Assembly: GCF_009834535.1 (NCBI RefSeq)
Contig: NC_045696.1
Location: forward strand, 63,862,001 to 63,926,000
Reading direction: 5' to 3'
From: Camelus ferus
Taxonomy: Eukaryota
DNA: 64,000 bases
Position numbers and translations under genes: made by a program. Below, piece by piece: positions 1 through 13,143 of this stretch (position 1 is the first letter of the stretch; every line of letters begins with the position of its first letter). A model generated the notes under the pieces. That model was not told the origin of the DNA. It searched no databases and saw only the letters and a list, made by a program, of their open reading frames with translations.

Positions 1-100
1 CTTAATGATGACTTTTTAGTAAGCCTCATATATGACTGAACATGTTACCATCATTAATGACAATGATGGTCCTGGCAGCAAATGCAATTAGAAAATTTTT

Positions 101-138
101 TTTAATAAATTCTACCAAAGAAAATAGCAAAATGTATT
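101..138 (-). terminator. Candidate distal poly(A) signals (AATACA 133-138, ATTAAA 101-106)
   Basis: Variant hexamers ~3.3 kb from the start of the terminal exon, near the expected UTR length. Confidence 0.4.
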
Positions 139-2274
139 GACGAGTATCAAGACATGGAAAAGAGCATTGTTAGACCACAAATTACAACTGTGAAACATGA
201 GGCATGTGAAATTCAAGCGTTCAGAGAAGAGCCACATTAAGAGGCTTGTTAGACCATGGATTTGGTTATACCGTGGGGTCAAACTATTACCCTAGGTGCA
301 CAGGTTTCTTTCTCTCTCCCTCATTAAAATAGAGACCACTTAAAAGATGCTCTCCAATAACAGAATTATAACATGATTTAAGTATCTTTAATTACTCATC
401 TACACAGATGACCTTAGATCAAGCACAGGCAAAATATAAACTGCAGTTACATCTACAAGTAGTGTGAAGGTTTTTAAAAATAATACACAGTTCATTCATA
501 GTGCACAAGTAAAAACAAGAATAAGTTTTAAATATTTAAACACAAAGCCATGATTATTCAAAAGGTAAGCTTATTTGCGAGCACATTTCCATTCTGCTAA
601 AGTACCTGAAACTATAGCATATATCAGCTTAGAGAACTGAAATTAAAAAAAAATTTCTCTGATCCCCTTTATCAAAAACTAAAATACCACATTTCTTTTT
701 GCAGATAAATACATTTAAAATAAATAAAAATAAAATCGACTAGTTAAGGAATTTAACTTTTAAACCTACACTCTGTATCTTATCGTATGTAAAATTCTCA
801 GATTATACGATTAGGAAGTACCACTTTCTGCAATATTCCCTACTCATTTTTACACTATTCATTTCCATCCAGAGGCAACTTGTGGGAAGGAGTCTGCTGT
901 TGTAAAGCCTGGAAAGGTGGGATGATACAAATAAAAGAGAACATAAATAAGCCACTTGGGAAGGCTGGTTGCTCCACTTACAACTATAGCTCAGCTGAAC
1001 TATAGTTTAACCATGAAGCTGTAAGAACTGCTTGTTTCCTATCATGCATTATCATTCATAAACTGATTTTTAAAATTGATGCCCTGATCCAGTAAATTCT
1101 AGATAGAATCTATTTACAGTTACTCAGTCTTCCATACAGAGCTCTGTTCACTCTATTCTTTGCAGATTCTGACATGAAAAACAAATGATTCCTGGTCTAG
1201 TTAGAATTTAACTTCTGTATATTGAATTTGTTTTCATTTGTTACAGTTGCATACTTCTGTATAGTGATTTGTTTACAACGGAATCATCTGTAATTTCTGA
1301 ACTACAGACACAAAACACAGGGTTTACTGTTGAGAATCTGAATTTAATTTTTTTTCTTTTAATAACATCTGCATTTAATAAATACTTCACTTTCAGTGGG
1401 GCAGGGGTGGAGAGGCTTGGCATGCTTAGTCTGAGACAGCCATAAAGGGAAAAAAATATTAATCTATGAAAGAAGTCATATTACTGAGGGGGATGGGGAA
1501 TATCTGGACTCTAATATGGGATTTCTAATAGTATTTTTTTATCATCTATTTATATATTTAAATTACAAATACTGATCTCAAAGAAATGGATACCCGACCA
1601 CCCCTTTCTTAAATTTATACAAAGGGTTGTGATAAGTACTGACTTAACATCAGCCTTTTGCCTGGGGGGAATCTGTAGGAATACAGCTCAGGGCACTTGC
1701 CCCTGTCCATAGCTCTCAGAAAGAAATACAGTCCTATTCCTTCTTCTTTAGAAATAGATCTGTAGTTGTAAAGTGGTTGTGTTTCATAATTGCAAAATAT
1801 TAATTAATAATGCATGATGTCGGCTTCAGTGAGGGTGTTTGCCCACCGGCCAGCACTGGTTAGAGGGAATTAACCAGTGATGTCATCTCCTAACCTTTGT
1901 ACACAATCCTGGGGCGCTCCACCCCCTTCCTATTTCCCCCTCCCAGGTCTAAAGGACACAGGAAATGTTCTCGACCACTCAGCTACCAAACAAAGTATAT
2001 TGCTACTAGCTGCTTAAAAGTGGATCTACTTTTCTGATCAAAAAAACTATGTCCTGAACTCTCAGTTTCTGAAATATTTTGTGATATCCTTCAATGATAT
2101 GACTGATATAACTTGCATATTAAGTGTCAGATATTAAGAGAGATCACAATAAAGAATATATATTGATGGTAAATTAAAAAAAAAAAGGTGTGGCAAGGGA
2201 ACTGTTACCAAAACATAATTCGAAGAAAACTTGAAATTAAACTGGAAAATAAAAACTGTCACACAATGGGCATT

Positions 2275-2280
2275 TTTATT
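2275..2280 (-). terminator. Candidate poly(A) signal AATAAA
   Basis: AATAAA followed by GU/U-rich TTGTGTGACAGTTTTTATTTT on the minus strand. Confidence 0.5.
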
Positions 2281-5200
2281 AGAATAAAAAAGGCTTAATG
2301 AAATGGCAGCAAAGAGCAGAGTTAAATGAAAATGACATTTAAAGTCAAAAATGACTTTGCTTTAAAGTCCTTTAGCCAATAAAAAATATTTATGTAAAAA
2401 ACATGAAATGATGTGAGGATATTATTGTAATTGAACTGCAATGAATTAAACTTTATATTTCCTTTAAATCTTCAGCACAGAGGAGGATGGTCAACATTAT
2501 TCTAACTGCTGAAATAATTTCTATTTAAAAATTCAGTCTTATGAAAGAAAGCTTTTTCCTGAGGGCTAGTTGAAATGTTTGACAACAGTCTAAACAAAAT
2601 TAGTCAGTTGATTATTCTTAATCTTTCCTATCCTGTGTCACAATCCAATAACTCTGTCAACAGGTGAAAAAACACTGTTAACAGAAAGCCTAGCTCAATT
2701 GTACAACAGCCAAATGAATGAATTTCAAATGGACAGAGAACAAAAACACCAACTGAATCAAACAGGTAAGCTGCTACTGACTTAGCCTGGGAAGGCAACT
2801 TTCTAAGCTGTCAATGAAGAACTGAAATCTCTTTTGCTGAATATACATGGAATTACTGTAGCCCAAATCGATGTATTTGAGGGTTTCTCTGTTAACTTGC
2901 TTTGTTTTACGTGATAAATAAATAAACTGAGTTATCACAGTCAAATAGTTTCTGGGCATAGAACATTATAGATACAGACAACAACTCAGCGGGCTACCAT
3001 CATCTTATATACAATTTTTGATAGCCTTTAGAAAACTGCTGTTAAGTTTTATTTCAATACACCTAGCATTCTTTTTCTGGAAAAGAAAGTGACATCAAGT
3101 AACATCAGCTAGTGAGTTAGTTGAACTAGTGTCACCACAAATGAGACAACAAGCAGGAGAGCAAGTTTCTTATCTTCAAGGACTGAGCCTAATGGCCACA
3201 CCGCTTAAATTATCCCAATTTGTCACTTCGGTACAATAAAACAGAATGTTAATGTCATTTCCACTGTTCTTCCATTCAAAAGGCAGCTGATGTTTCAAGC
3301 GCCTCTAACACATATAAATTATTTTTTCCCATGACTTTATTTTATGTTTAGAAAGGTGGAAGAGCAGATGAAAAAAAGGCAGGACAAAAGACTTTGGAGT
3401 TTTCTTTCTTCAGATGTATGCAGAGGTAATTATGAGTAGGATTCTGTGAAAATAAACAGAATTTTTATTGATTAAATTTAGGTCTGGGGAGACAAATGTA
3501 AAGTTTCAAAGTAAATTTTACTATTGCATGATCATAAAAACATTGAAGCTTAACTGTCTAAGTTTGCTAGCTTTATTAAATTCAAAATAGCCACCATAAC
3601 AATATAACATAACTTTATCAAACATGTGTATGAATCAAAAAATACTAGAATTCATTTCTTATACAAAGTTAAAAACATTAAAATTGGTTGATAGAAAGAT
3701 TTTACATATGGCTATGTTGGGTATAAGCATCTTCAGCAAGTATCAGAAATATCAGATAGTTACTCAAAACTATCAGGTTGAGGAACTCCATGCATCTTAA
3801 AACTGTCATCAAGAAACTATTCCTTAAAGATATTTGGTAACTTTTTTTAAGTGGTCAGAAGGAAGCAAGGTGACCATTTGGCCAGAATGATTCTTTTCAA
3901 TGGATTTGCAAGGTACAGCATAGATCACCTGTCCAGTTCATAGATATATGTAGCAGTTCAGAGCTGTAAGTCCTGAGGGCTGGGAAGAGTAGATACAGAC
4001 AAGAAATCAAGGAAGTGGGGACTGTCTTCCTATACACAACCTGGCTCTGAGGACTGCCCCGCCTGCAGTTGGGACAGACACTCTGGCAGGAAAAGGTATG
4101 TTCCTGGCAGCAACGGTAACTCCCAATGTCACACTGACCAGCTTAGGGAAACAACACTATTTTGTAAAGCACTGGTTGGCTTTGGGCTTCCTTATTTCAT
4201 GAAAAGACAGAAACGTATTTTATATTTTTAATAGAATTTCTGTGAATTTCCCTGCCAAAAAACCACATTTGTAAACAAAAATATCAAGTAAACTCTGGTG
4301 CTGAAGAAGAGAATCTCCAAATCAAGAAGACTCTCAAAATGTTTCTAACATTAACTACTGATAATAAATATGATGATGAGGAAGATACCATAACTTCATG
4401 GTTTTAAAAGAAAATTTTCATCACTGGAGTTGTATAAAACATTTACAAATGCAGACATTTAAAAACACTGCATTATTTTTGGCCTGTGGTAAAGATGATT
4501 GATACTCAGTTTCTAGACATATTTTTGTATATATCTCTACATCTGTCTTAACTTATGAAAGAGACAAAACAAAGTAACAAAGCATCACTCTAAATAAAGC
4601 TTTCTGGCTCATTCCTCTCATTCACTGCTGGTGTACGGTTCTGAATGATGCTTGTCTGAGCTGTGCTTCCCTTTCTGGCTTACTTTCTCCAACATACTGC
4701 CCCTACAGTAGAGGAAAGGACGTCGTCTGGTTTAAGGACTTCTGAACTGAATGCAGCAAGGGAGAGAATCTGTCACGTTTCTATTCTTTTCAGTTCTGTG
4801 TTGCAGGCTGCCTACAGGGTAAGGCTCACAGATAAAGTAATTAATTAAATATTTTAAATAAATGACAAGGTCTTAATTATAGCATTTTCCCTTTCTCAAT
4901 TTCTTCAATAAAAGCAAAAGACTTACTAATTATAATTCTTCAGGAGTAATTTACAATTAACTATGCTACTAAGGGAAGTCTTTAAATATGCAGTTATTTT
5001 ACTGGGAACAGCTTATAATGCCAGACTACAGAATTAGACAAGAGCCCATACATTCTGAAGAGTCCTAAAACCTACAGCTATCTAAGTTACTTTAAACAGA
5101 AAAATGGTTTATTTGAATGTTTTTAAACATAAGAGAATAAGATTAAGAGCAATTATTAAAAATTTTAGTCAAGCCAAATATAAAGCTTTGCAAGTTAACA

Positions 5201-5597
5201 TACACATTATTATCCACTGAATACAAATAATGAGGACTAAAATAATGAAAGTTACAATTCAATTCTTCACACACAGAAAATCTATGAGCCACCTGCATAT
5301 TATGAAATATCTTAGCTTTGTTCACCTTTGTTCTGTTCAACACGAGTTCTAGAAGATACTTTTAGTTTAGCCACAAGGCAATCAAGTTATTCAAAGGGAC
5401 AGTATACATATGAAACTTAGACTCTAGTGTCAGAGATTTCTTCTTTTTAAACTATTTACTTACATTAAAATTATTATTAAGGAGCAAGTAGGATATGGTT
5501 AAGTAGGATGATAAACTATTATAGTAAGTTTAAAATATAAATTTTGTGTTTAGCCAGTACCAATGTAGTAATAGGACTTTTACTCACTTATTACAAT

Positions 5598-5662
5598 TTA
5601 TTTCTCCTGATGGAGAGCTTCAATAAAAGCATCAAGTTTTTCTTGAATTTCCCTAACTTTCT
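5598..5662 (-). CDS. OPA1: OPA1 exon 28 coding part (65 nt incl. TAA); exon probably extends to donor at 5588
   Basis: (K)KVREIQEKLDAFIEALHQEK*; cag acceptor; gtgagt donor at 5587-5582. Confidence 0.96.
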
Positions 5663-5829
5663 CTGTGGAGATAAAAAGAGATAATAAATTAGTTAAAAAC
5701 TAATTTATTTTCAAAGGCATCACTAATCACAGGAGATGAAGGGTCTGGGATACTTTACTTTGGAAAAGGGGGGAAATTACCTCAGTGCCACACACCATCT
5801 TATACCCAAATCAAGTTCAAATGGATTGT

Positions 5830-6030
5830 AGCAGTATCTCTTCACAATTTTTTGGAAAGGGGAGGAGGATGGAGGTTTGTGACAGATCCCCTTGAGAATC
5901 TAATAAAAGTTATGGATCCTTACACAGAAAAATCAAGTAGATATATATATATATAAAATTATGTATAGAATTTTAAAGAGTTCTCAGATTCTCGAGCTAA
6001 CCAAGGACTCATGGTTAGCAATATCTGGAG
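5830..6030. mobile_element. Old hAT-Charlie non-autonomous DNA transposon (Charlie4z-like)
   Basis: gatccccttgagaatctaataaaagttatggatcc...ggttagcaatatctg resembles the recalled consensus. Confidence 0.45.
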
Positions 6031-6083
6031 CAGAGAAAAATATAAAATAATAAAACCACTTTTTAAAATTAGAAGAGAATACA

Positions 6084-6377
6084 TAAAAAATAATTAAAAA
6101 TTAAAAAACCCCAAAAGATATAGAAAACAGACTTATGGTTACTGGGTCGGGGGGGAGGGTATGGGAAAGGATAAATTGGGAGCTCGAGATTTGCAGATAC
6201 TACATACAATATATAAAATAAATAAATAAGTTTCTTCTGTACAGCACAGGGAACTATATTCAATATCTTGTAGTAACTTATAATGAAAAAGAGTATATGT
6301 AAGACTGAAATATTATGCTGTACACTAGAAACTGACACAAGATTGTAAACTGACTATACTTCAATTAAAAAAAAAAA
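6084..6377 (+). mobile_element. Young 5'-truncated L1 3' end with poly(A) and TSD
   Basis: Ends ...gtaaactgactatacttcaattaaaa(A)n; TSD agaataca at 6076-6083 and 6378-6385. Confidence 0.85.
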
Positions 6378-8825
6378 AGAATACAGGTGAGTACATAACT
6401 GGTCTTCAATTGGGAAATGACTTTCTAGGCATAAAGTAATGAGAAAAGTTACCTATGGAAAAAATAAAACCATGAAAAGGGCAAAAACACTTTAAAAAAT
6501 AAAAATGTGCTTTTCTAGCTGTGAATGAAGAAAGGAAAGTTTAAAAACACCAGAGCCCATGAAGACAAATTTACATTATTTTATTTGATTTTGGGTTTTC
6601 ATATTTATAGATGTTCAATTTCTCTCTGAAATACAAAAATTTTCTTCAAAATGCAAACTAATCACAAGACTTGTCAATCTCCTAGTGCTAAAAACAGAAA
6701 AAGCCACAATTTATTTACTTCATTGATAACTTAATCATTCAACTCTCATTTTAAAACACAGGTTATATTAAGCACAGTAACTAATATTTTTGTCCTGTTA
6801 ACATAATTTAACATGTTAGTGAAAATTATCAATTAAAGTGAAGTGACTAGTTCAAACCTGGTGATTTAGAGGCAAAACTGTAAAGCACTCTAGAGAAAAA
6901 CCATATAAGATGCATTAATATTCAACATTTATATCTTTTACAGTCAAAAATAAATAACCTTCAATTGAAGATATAAGTATCCCTTTTTACGAGTGAGCCA
7001 GCATTTGTGGTAAGTAGCCAATAAAAAGGGAAACTGTCCTTTTTATAAATTCTTATTAGCATGCAGGAACTTAACAAAGCCTACGATGGTTGCATATAAA
7101 GACCATAATGGCATCATCTTCTTTTCCCAGTAATTTAGCACTTCCAATTCTTGGTATTAGTCTGAGACTAACACACACCGAAAAAAGCAGGGGAGGAGGG
7201 GACCCCTATTGTTTTAATCAAACTATTTACTGAGAAAATCTGATAACAGTTATCACAAAGACAGCATTAACTCCTTCTATATAAAAATTTAAGCTAGAGA
7301 AACTAGAAAAAATAATTCCAATCCATGTCTTGGAAATTCAGTCTGCACTTTTTGGTAGTCCGTATTTTCTTTTTTTTTTTTTTTTACCAGCAGTCAAACC
7401 AGTAAACATACTTCTTTTCTCAAAGGAAAGCCACATTATTATATTTAAAATTAATCCATCTAGTTGCTTAGAAATAGCTTCACTTATTTTCTTTACTAAA
7501 TATTTAGAGAGTTCTAGATATTACAGCTCATCAGTTGAAGAATTTTTAAAGGGGGCAGGATTAAGAGAAAAAGAATTTTTATAATTGTTTCTCGTAGAAT
7601 TTTAGAAATGAATGGGGTTTTTAAAAAATCATCTAGCTTAAACAGCACAAGACATGAAAATCAAAAACAAGTGTTTAGAGCCTTAGCAGCTCTCTAAACT
7701 CTACACTGAGAACTATTTCTACTTGGGAAAATGGTACTGTATGAAGAAAGGAAATCCCGTTCTATCTGCTCCACGATCTGAGTAAAATCAGGCAGGACCA
7801 GATCTATCCAGCTTTTTGCCCTGTCAGTGACCTCCATGCTCAGCTGGACAGACTGTCTGTGAGTGGGTGGGACAGTAGCGTCACTCACAACAGACTGTTC
7901 AGAGCAAGATCTACTTGTATTGAAAGAGACCAAGGGCCACTCTGATGCAGGTGTTTGAATCTGAATCAAATTCAAATTCTTCTAAAATTTGAGACAAACA
8001 ATGGTTTTCATATAGATGAAAGCTTAAAAAATGAATTTTAATATAAAAAACAAAAAATTAGCCTTTCCCTTTAAAAAGCTATTTTTACACAGTATTTTAT
8101 GATCAGAGTAATTGTGATAAATGTATCCTTTTAATACTAAATTTAAAAACTAATTTCTTCACTGGTTCCCTCACTTACACCATGGGCTTAATGGAGTAAC
8201 ATGGGGACACACGTGATACCTCACCTTTGAGAATAATTCCTTGCTTACTGTCTACTTATTGTAAGTCTGTAAGTGGCTACTACGTTTTGGGTGATTACAG
8301 ATCCCACATTTTATTTGGTTCTCACATAACCCTGCAGGTATCACTGCCAAAGATGAGGACATTAAGCCTGGAGAGTCAGCCTTGTCCACATTCCTCCAAT
8401 TTAGAAACACATATTAGACCTGTTACTGTACAGATTCTACATGTAGCCAAAAAAGTGTTTATTATTTCAAGTGTGCTTGTTATATGTTTCACCTTTTATG
8501 TGAAATAAGACATTCTGATAAAAATTAGGGAATGAAATTGTTATCGAAACACCTCCTAAGTAGTTATGTTTCCAGGAATGTCTAAAAAATGTGTAATATG
8601 CTACCATACTCAGAGGAACATTATTACTGTTTGAGGAGACCAGACCTCTCTACATTTGGAGAAAATCTTAAGAGAATCATGTAAGAGCATGCAACTGGAC
8701 CCAAAAGGCTCAGCGTCTTCAGCGTCTACAACACCTGACTCACTATGCACGCTCAATAAATACCTGATAAATGAAGTTCCCAAAAACATGGCACAGACGA
8801 GAAGGGCTATAGGCTATCAAGAAGG

Positions 8826-8854
8826 AAAACAAACAAACAAACAAACAAACAAAC
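8826..8854 (+). repeat. (AAAC)n microsatellite
   Basis: About 7 AAAC units. Confidence 0.9.
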
Positions 8855-11800
8855 ACGTGACAGGCTTTCTGGATGTTACGCCAGGACCCCAAGAGCTAGG
8901 GCAGGCTGGGAACAGGAGGCAGGGTACACACTGACAACAAAGACTAAGGGAAGCCGGCGGGTCACCTGAACCACGTAAGCAACATGGGACAGAGAATACA
9001 CAGGTCTCACAACACAGTACGCGGTGAGGGCGGGGGTGAGGGTAGGGGAAACAACTTCGACTTAATTTTTGCACCTTATTTAAGAAGGGTAAAACATGCT
9101 GACTACACAAGCACACAGCTTTGGAGAGTAAACTGATTCCATGCTTTACAAGGAAGTTATATTATAAATATTAAGCAGCATAATTTTCCATATTTGATTT
9201 CACTCATTTTAAGTTCTGATGTAAGTTTCCAGCACTGTCTTGTGTATTAACTATGCCATCTGGCTGCACATAAAACTGAATTATGCATAAAAATCAAGTT
9301 GGAATGTTAGCAATTAAAACTTTCTACTTTCTGATCCTTCCAAATTAATGTCTCAGTATTACAGTGTTTTCAAATCCTCAAATCTAACTGTATTTAATTT
9401 ATTCACCATTAGAAATTACTTCCCCACAGAATGTGTACAGATTAGCATGCTAATTATAAAGCAAACTCTTTTTTCTATTAAAATTCTGTATTAAATATTT
9501 ATAGCTAGAGAACTCATAAATTTGTGAATTACCTGATAAACTAAACCAGCTCAGGAAGGGATTAACAAACTGCTATTTCTGTTACACCGAAATAGCCAGC
9601 TCTACATGTAGTGAATACTGAGTCTACTTTCCATTCACCCAATGTTTACTTAAAAGATGAACAATTTCAAACATCAATTCATTGTGTTTCTTGATTGAGT
9701 CATGAATATTCCCATAATCCCCGACTCATAAACCGTCAGTCTGAATGAAGTTCCTTCTCTTTTTTCTTTTCTTCAGATGACTTGACACCCATTCATGTTC
9801 TGTGTCTCTTTATCTCCACACGAAATGATACTGCTACTCTCATTTTCTTTTTGAGTCTTCTGATACTTGCTCTAAAAGTCTCAAATATAGACTAATCTGT
9901 AATTAGGTTCTGAATACACTGTGAGTACCAAAAGGCCAAAGCCGGGAGAAGGTTCACTTCAGTGGTTAATAACAGTTTAGAACAGGAACAAAGAATCACA
10001 CACAAAACACTACCACATGCACTGAAATCAACCTTTTAAAACTTTTGATGTTTTTCAAGAAAGCATAAAGAAAACGAGCTGCAAACTTGCTAATGGCAGT
10101 GTGCTTTAAACAAACCACAAATCCAAAGACCCAAATGCACCTCAACAGAACTGTTTTATAACATGCTGAGCACACATTTTATACAAAGCTTGAGGACACC
10201 TTGCAGGTGAGATTTTGCTATACAAAGCTGTTCACTAAAGGACTGAACATTAAAGGAACACTTCTTACATCATACATATTGTTTCTAACAGGCCTGCTTT
10301 TCTTTAGACAATTATACTCTGCTCTTTAGAAATTCAGTATTTAAAGGAATCGTCTTAGGGAAAGAAGAAAACAAACAAAAAAGGGTGAACAAGAGACTAG
10401 GTTCAGAGTCTCAAAACTATAGTCAAGATCTTAGATTGAGCACAAGAAAAAATGTATACCTTTTACAGTTGAAAGGAAGAACCAAAGAGATTAGAGTCAA
10501 AGATACATAGCTAAATCTAACACTTAGCTTCTGAACCTTGTCCTGTAGCTTTTTTCCTATAAATAGGTATGATTACTTCTAACCAGACTTATTAATGAAG
10601 ACCAACAGTATACTTCTGCTTGTTACAGAAGAAGGAGGCATCATCTCCTATGTCCTGAAAAGCTGTTTGAGACTAAGACAGTAATTTCAAAGCTGTGTGG
10701 GGTCCCAGACTTCTGTGGGTCTGTGTAAAGGTGGTAATAAGAGTTCTCTGGGTTATTTCCAATTGTTTCAAAATTTCAAATGGAAATTTTTGTTTGGGCT
10801 AGAATTATATCTATTCTTGTTAACGTTTATTTAGGCTGATTAGAAGATATAATTGTAATTCCATGTTTCAAATTAAAAATGTAAGTATATTGTAGCCAGA
10901 TCTTATAAAACATGGGCTTCACAGGAGTATACAATATTAAAGGAGTGCTTGATGAAAAAAATTGTTAGGAATCCCTGGTCTAATGCCCCTAGTAATCAAT
11001 TGGGTATGATTTTTATAAAGATGAGAACATATTAACAGCTATATGGTAACATGATCTGGAGAACTAAGTGTCTAGTCCCAGCTTTGCCTTATGACTGTAC
11101 ACAAGTCACAGTCCTAGTTTATTTATAAAACGAGGAAATCTGTTCCCCAAAATTCAAAGCCCATATTACTTTAAAACTTAGGACTGAAATGTTCTATTCT
11201 AACTGATCGTGTTTTAACTGCATCTTTAAAAACTTGTTAATGGTCTTTTGCTTGTTCCTTAGTATCCTTTTATGTGATGTTAAGCTCCTTGTTAAAAATG
11301 CAACCACAAATGATAAAATTATTCTCACAGGGTTACATAATTCATTTTAGAAAGATCAGTTTTACAATGTTTCTTCCAGGAATCAATGCGGGACTGCTTG
11401 TATGAATTACCTACTTACCAAAAAGTCTGTCATTTAAAGTCACTCAGGCCAGCACAGAACTTGCTATATAATCGATGTCCATGAATATTCATTCTTTGTT
11501 CATTCATTTATCGTTGAGTGATCTAACTTAACCAATACCCAACCCAAACATTCAAGATGAGCATTTAAAAATTTGCTATTACAGACCCTAAAACAATGTG
11601 ATTCAGAAAGAAAGCTTCTACACGAGGGTCTGTGAAGTAAGTTATAATTTATATCTGTTGAATGTGTAAACAGCTCAAAGTGACTTGTGGATACATTTAG
11701 CTTTTATTTTTTTTTTAACTCTTTTAAATGTAAGCATTTCTATTGGGCTCCCTTTGGCTAATACAGTCAAAACATCTTTAAAAAAATACTTTCTTGGTAT

Positions 11801-12578
11801 TTTGAAGCCTATTCTCTAAAAGACTTCAGTGTGGATGATCAGAGTAGCAGCCTAATACTTAAGCATTTATATTGGTTAGGCCCTTAAACTTTCATAAATG
11901 GATGGCAACCCTCATTTCAGCTCAGTTATTAATTTTTATGTGCTTGTCAATAAAGAATAGCACCATTCCAGGTGCTTGTCAATGTTAATCAGTGTGAAAC
12001 TGTGAACTTTCTGCTGCTTGATACTTCTTCTAAAAGACTCAGCTGCAAGAAGAAATCACACTTATGGACAACAGTATAGGGGCTATGTAATTCATCTATT
12101 TCTTTAGGTATCATATAATTTGTCTTTAGATAAGCCAAACCAAACAGCCATGCATTTGGACTGCATCATTTTGACTTTGCCAGAATTGCTTATGTTATTG
12201 GCCTACACTGAGGAGCATCACAGTAAGAGTCCCATGAAATTCATGATTATGTGTAGTCATTTGATTTACTATATCATAGACTCAGTGTTTGTGAGGACGC
12301 ATGACATTTCTCTCAGGTGTGTGTACTGGGAACAACTATATTTCAACTAAGCCACTGCTGTGCTGTTGTCTGACAACATGTAGCCACTATAATCATGCAA
12401 TCAACTTTGTTTTCCATTCTGCATCAGCTGCTGAATCCAACTCCCTGTGAAACTGAGTCCCCCTAAAACCAAGTTCCCCTGCACAGTTTATGATTAACCT
12501 CTATCTAAAACTGTATCCCCTTTCTTGACCCATCCCTGTTCCCCTCAGGATTGAGGAATATCAAAGAAAAGGGGGGAA

Positions 12579-13143
12579 TGAAACTGAGCAGGGCCCTGTG
12601 GGGCCCTCCCAGGTACAAGGCCCTTGTGTTCCCCACTTCTTGTTTGACCTTTCCTGAGTCCCAAAGAGTAGGGTCAAGGAGTCAGTGATTAGAACAACAG
12701 AGTCACATGACTCCTAGTTCCCCCTGAAGGGATGCAGATAACAATCTGATGCATTTCTTTGGGTTGTTCTGCAGAAATTAAGACCCCCACCTGATGGAGG
12801 ATGGTGACCATTGACTCAACACAAGCCCGTAGACCCCAGAAGGGCTGGAACCAGAAGGCTGATGACTGAAATTCCTGAAACATTATCCTGTTACCTCACC
12901 ACCAACCAATCAGAAGAATGTCCACCAGCTGATCAGGCACCCTGACCCTCAACCCTAATGGCTGCCTTTAAAAACCCTTCCTTGAAAGTCATCTGGGAGT
13001 TCAGGTCTTTTGAGCATGAGCTACCTGTTCTCCTTGCTTAGGGTCCTGCAATAAATGCTGTACCTTCCTTCACCACAAACCTCTACCAGTTGATTGACTT
13101 TGCTGTACATAGGGCAAGTGGACCAGAGTTCGGTTTGGTAACA
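12579..13143 (+). mobile_element. ERV LTR (565 bp), a 3' LTR preceded by its polypurine tract
   Basis: TG...CA termini; PPT aaagaaaaggggggaa immediately 5'; CCAAT ~12906; TATA-like tttaaaa ~12967; AATAAA 13050-13055. Confidence 0.8.

Larger units (their letters stand above)
85..3443 (-). other. OPA1: OPA1 terminal non-coding exon (3'UTR), 3' end approximate
   Basis: Acceptor ttttcacag|AATCCTACTCATAATTACCTCTGCATACATCTGAAG resembles the start of the human last exon as recalled; no recognisable repeats; several poly(A) signals. Confidence 0.8.

Noticed and set aside
11940..11982. Direct repeat gtgcttgtcaat x2
   Set aside because: Only two copies; a small local duplication, not an array
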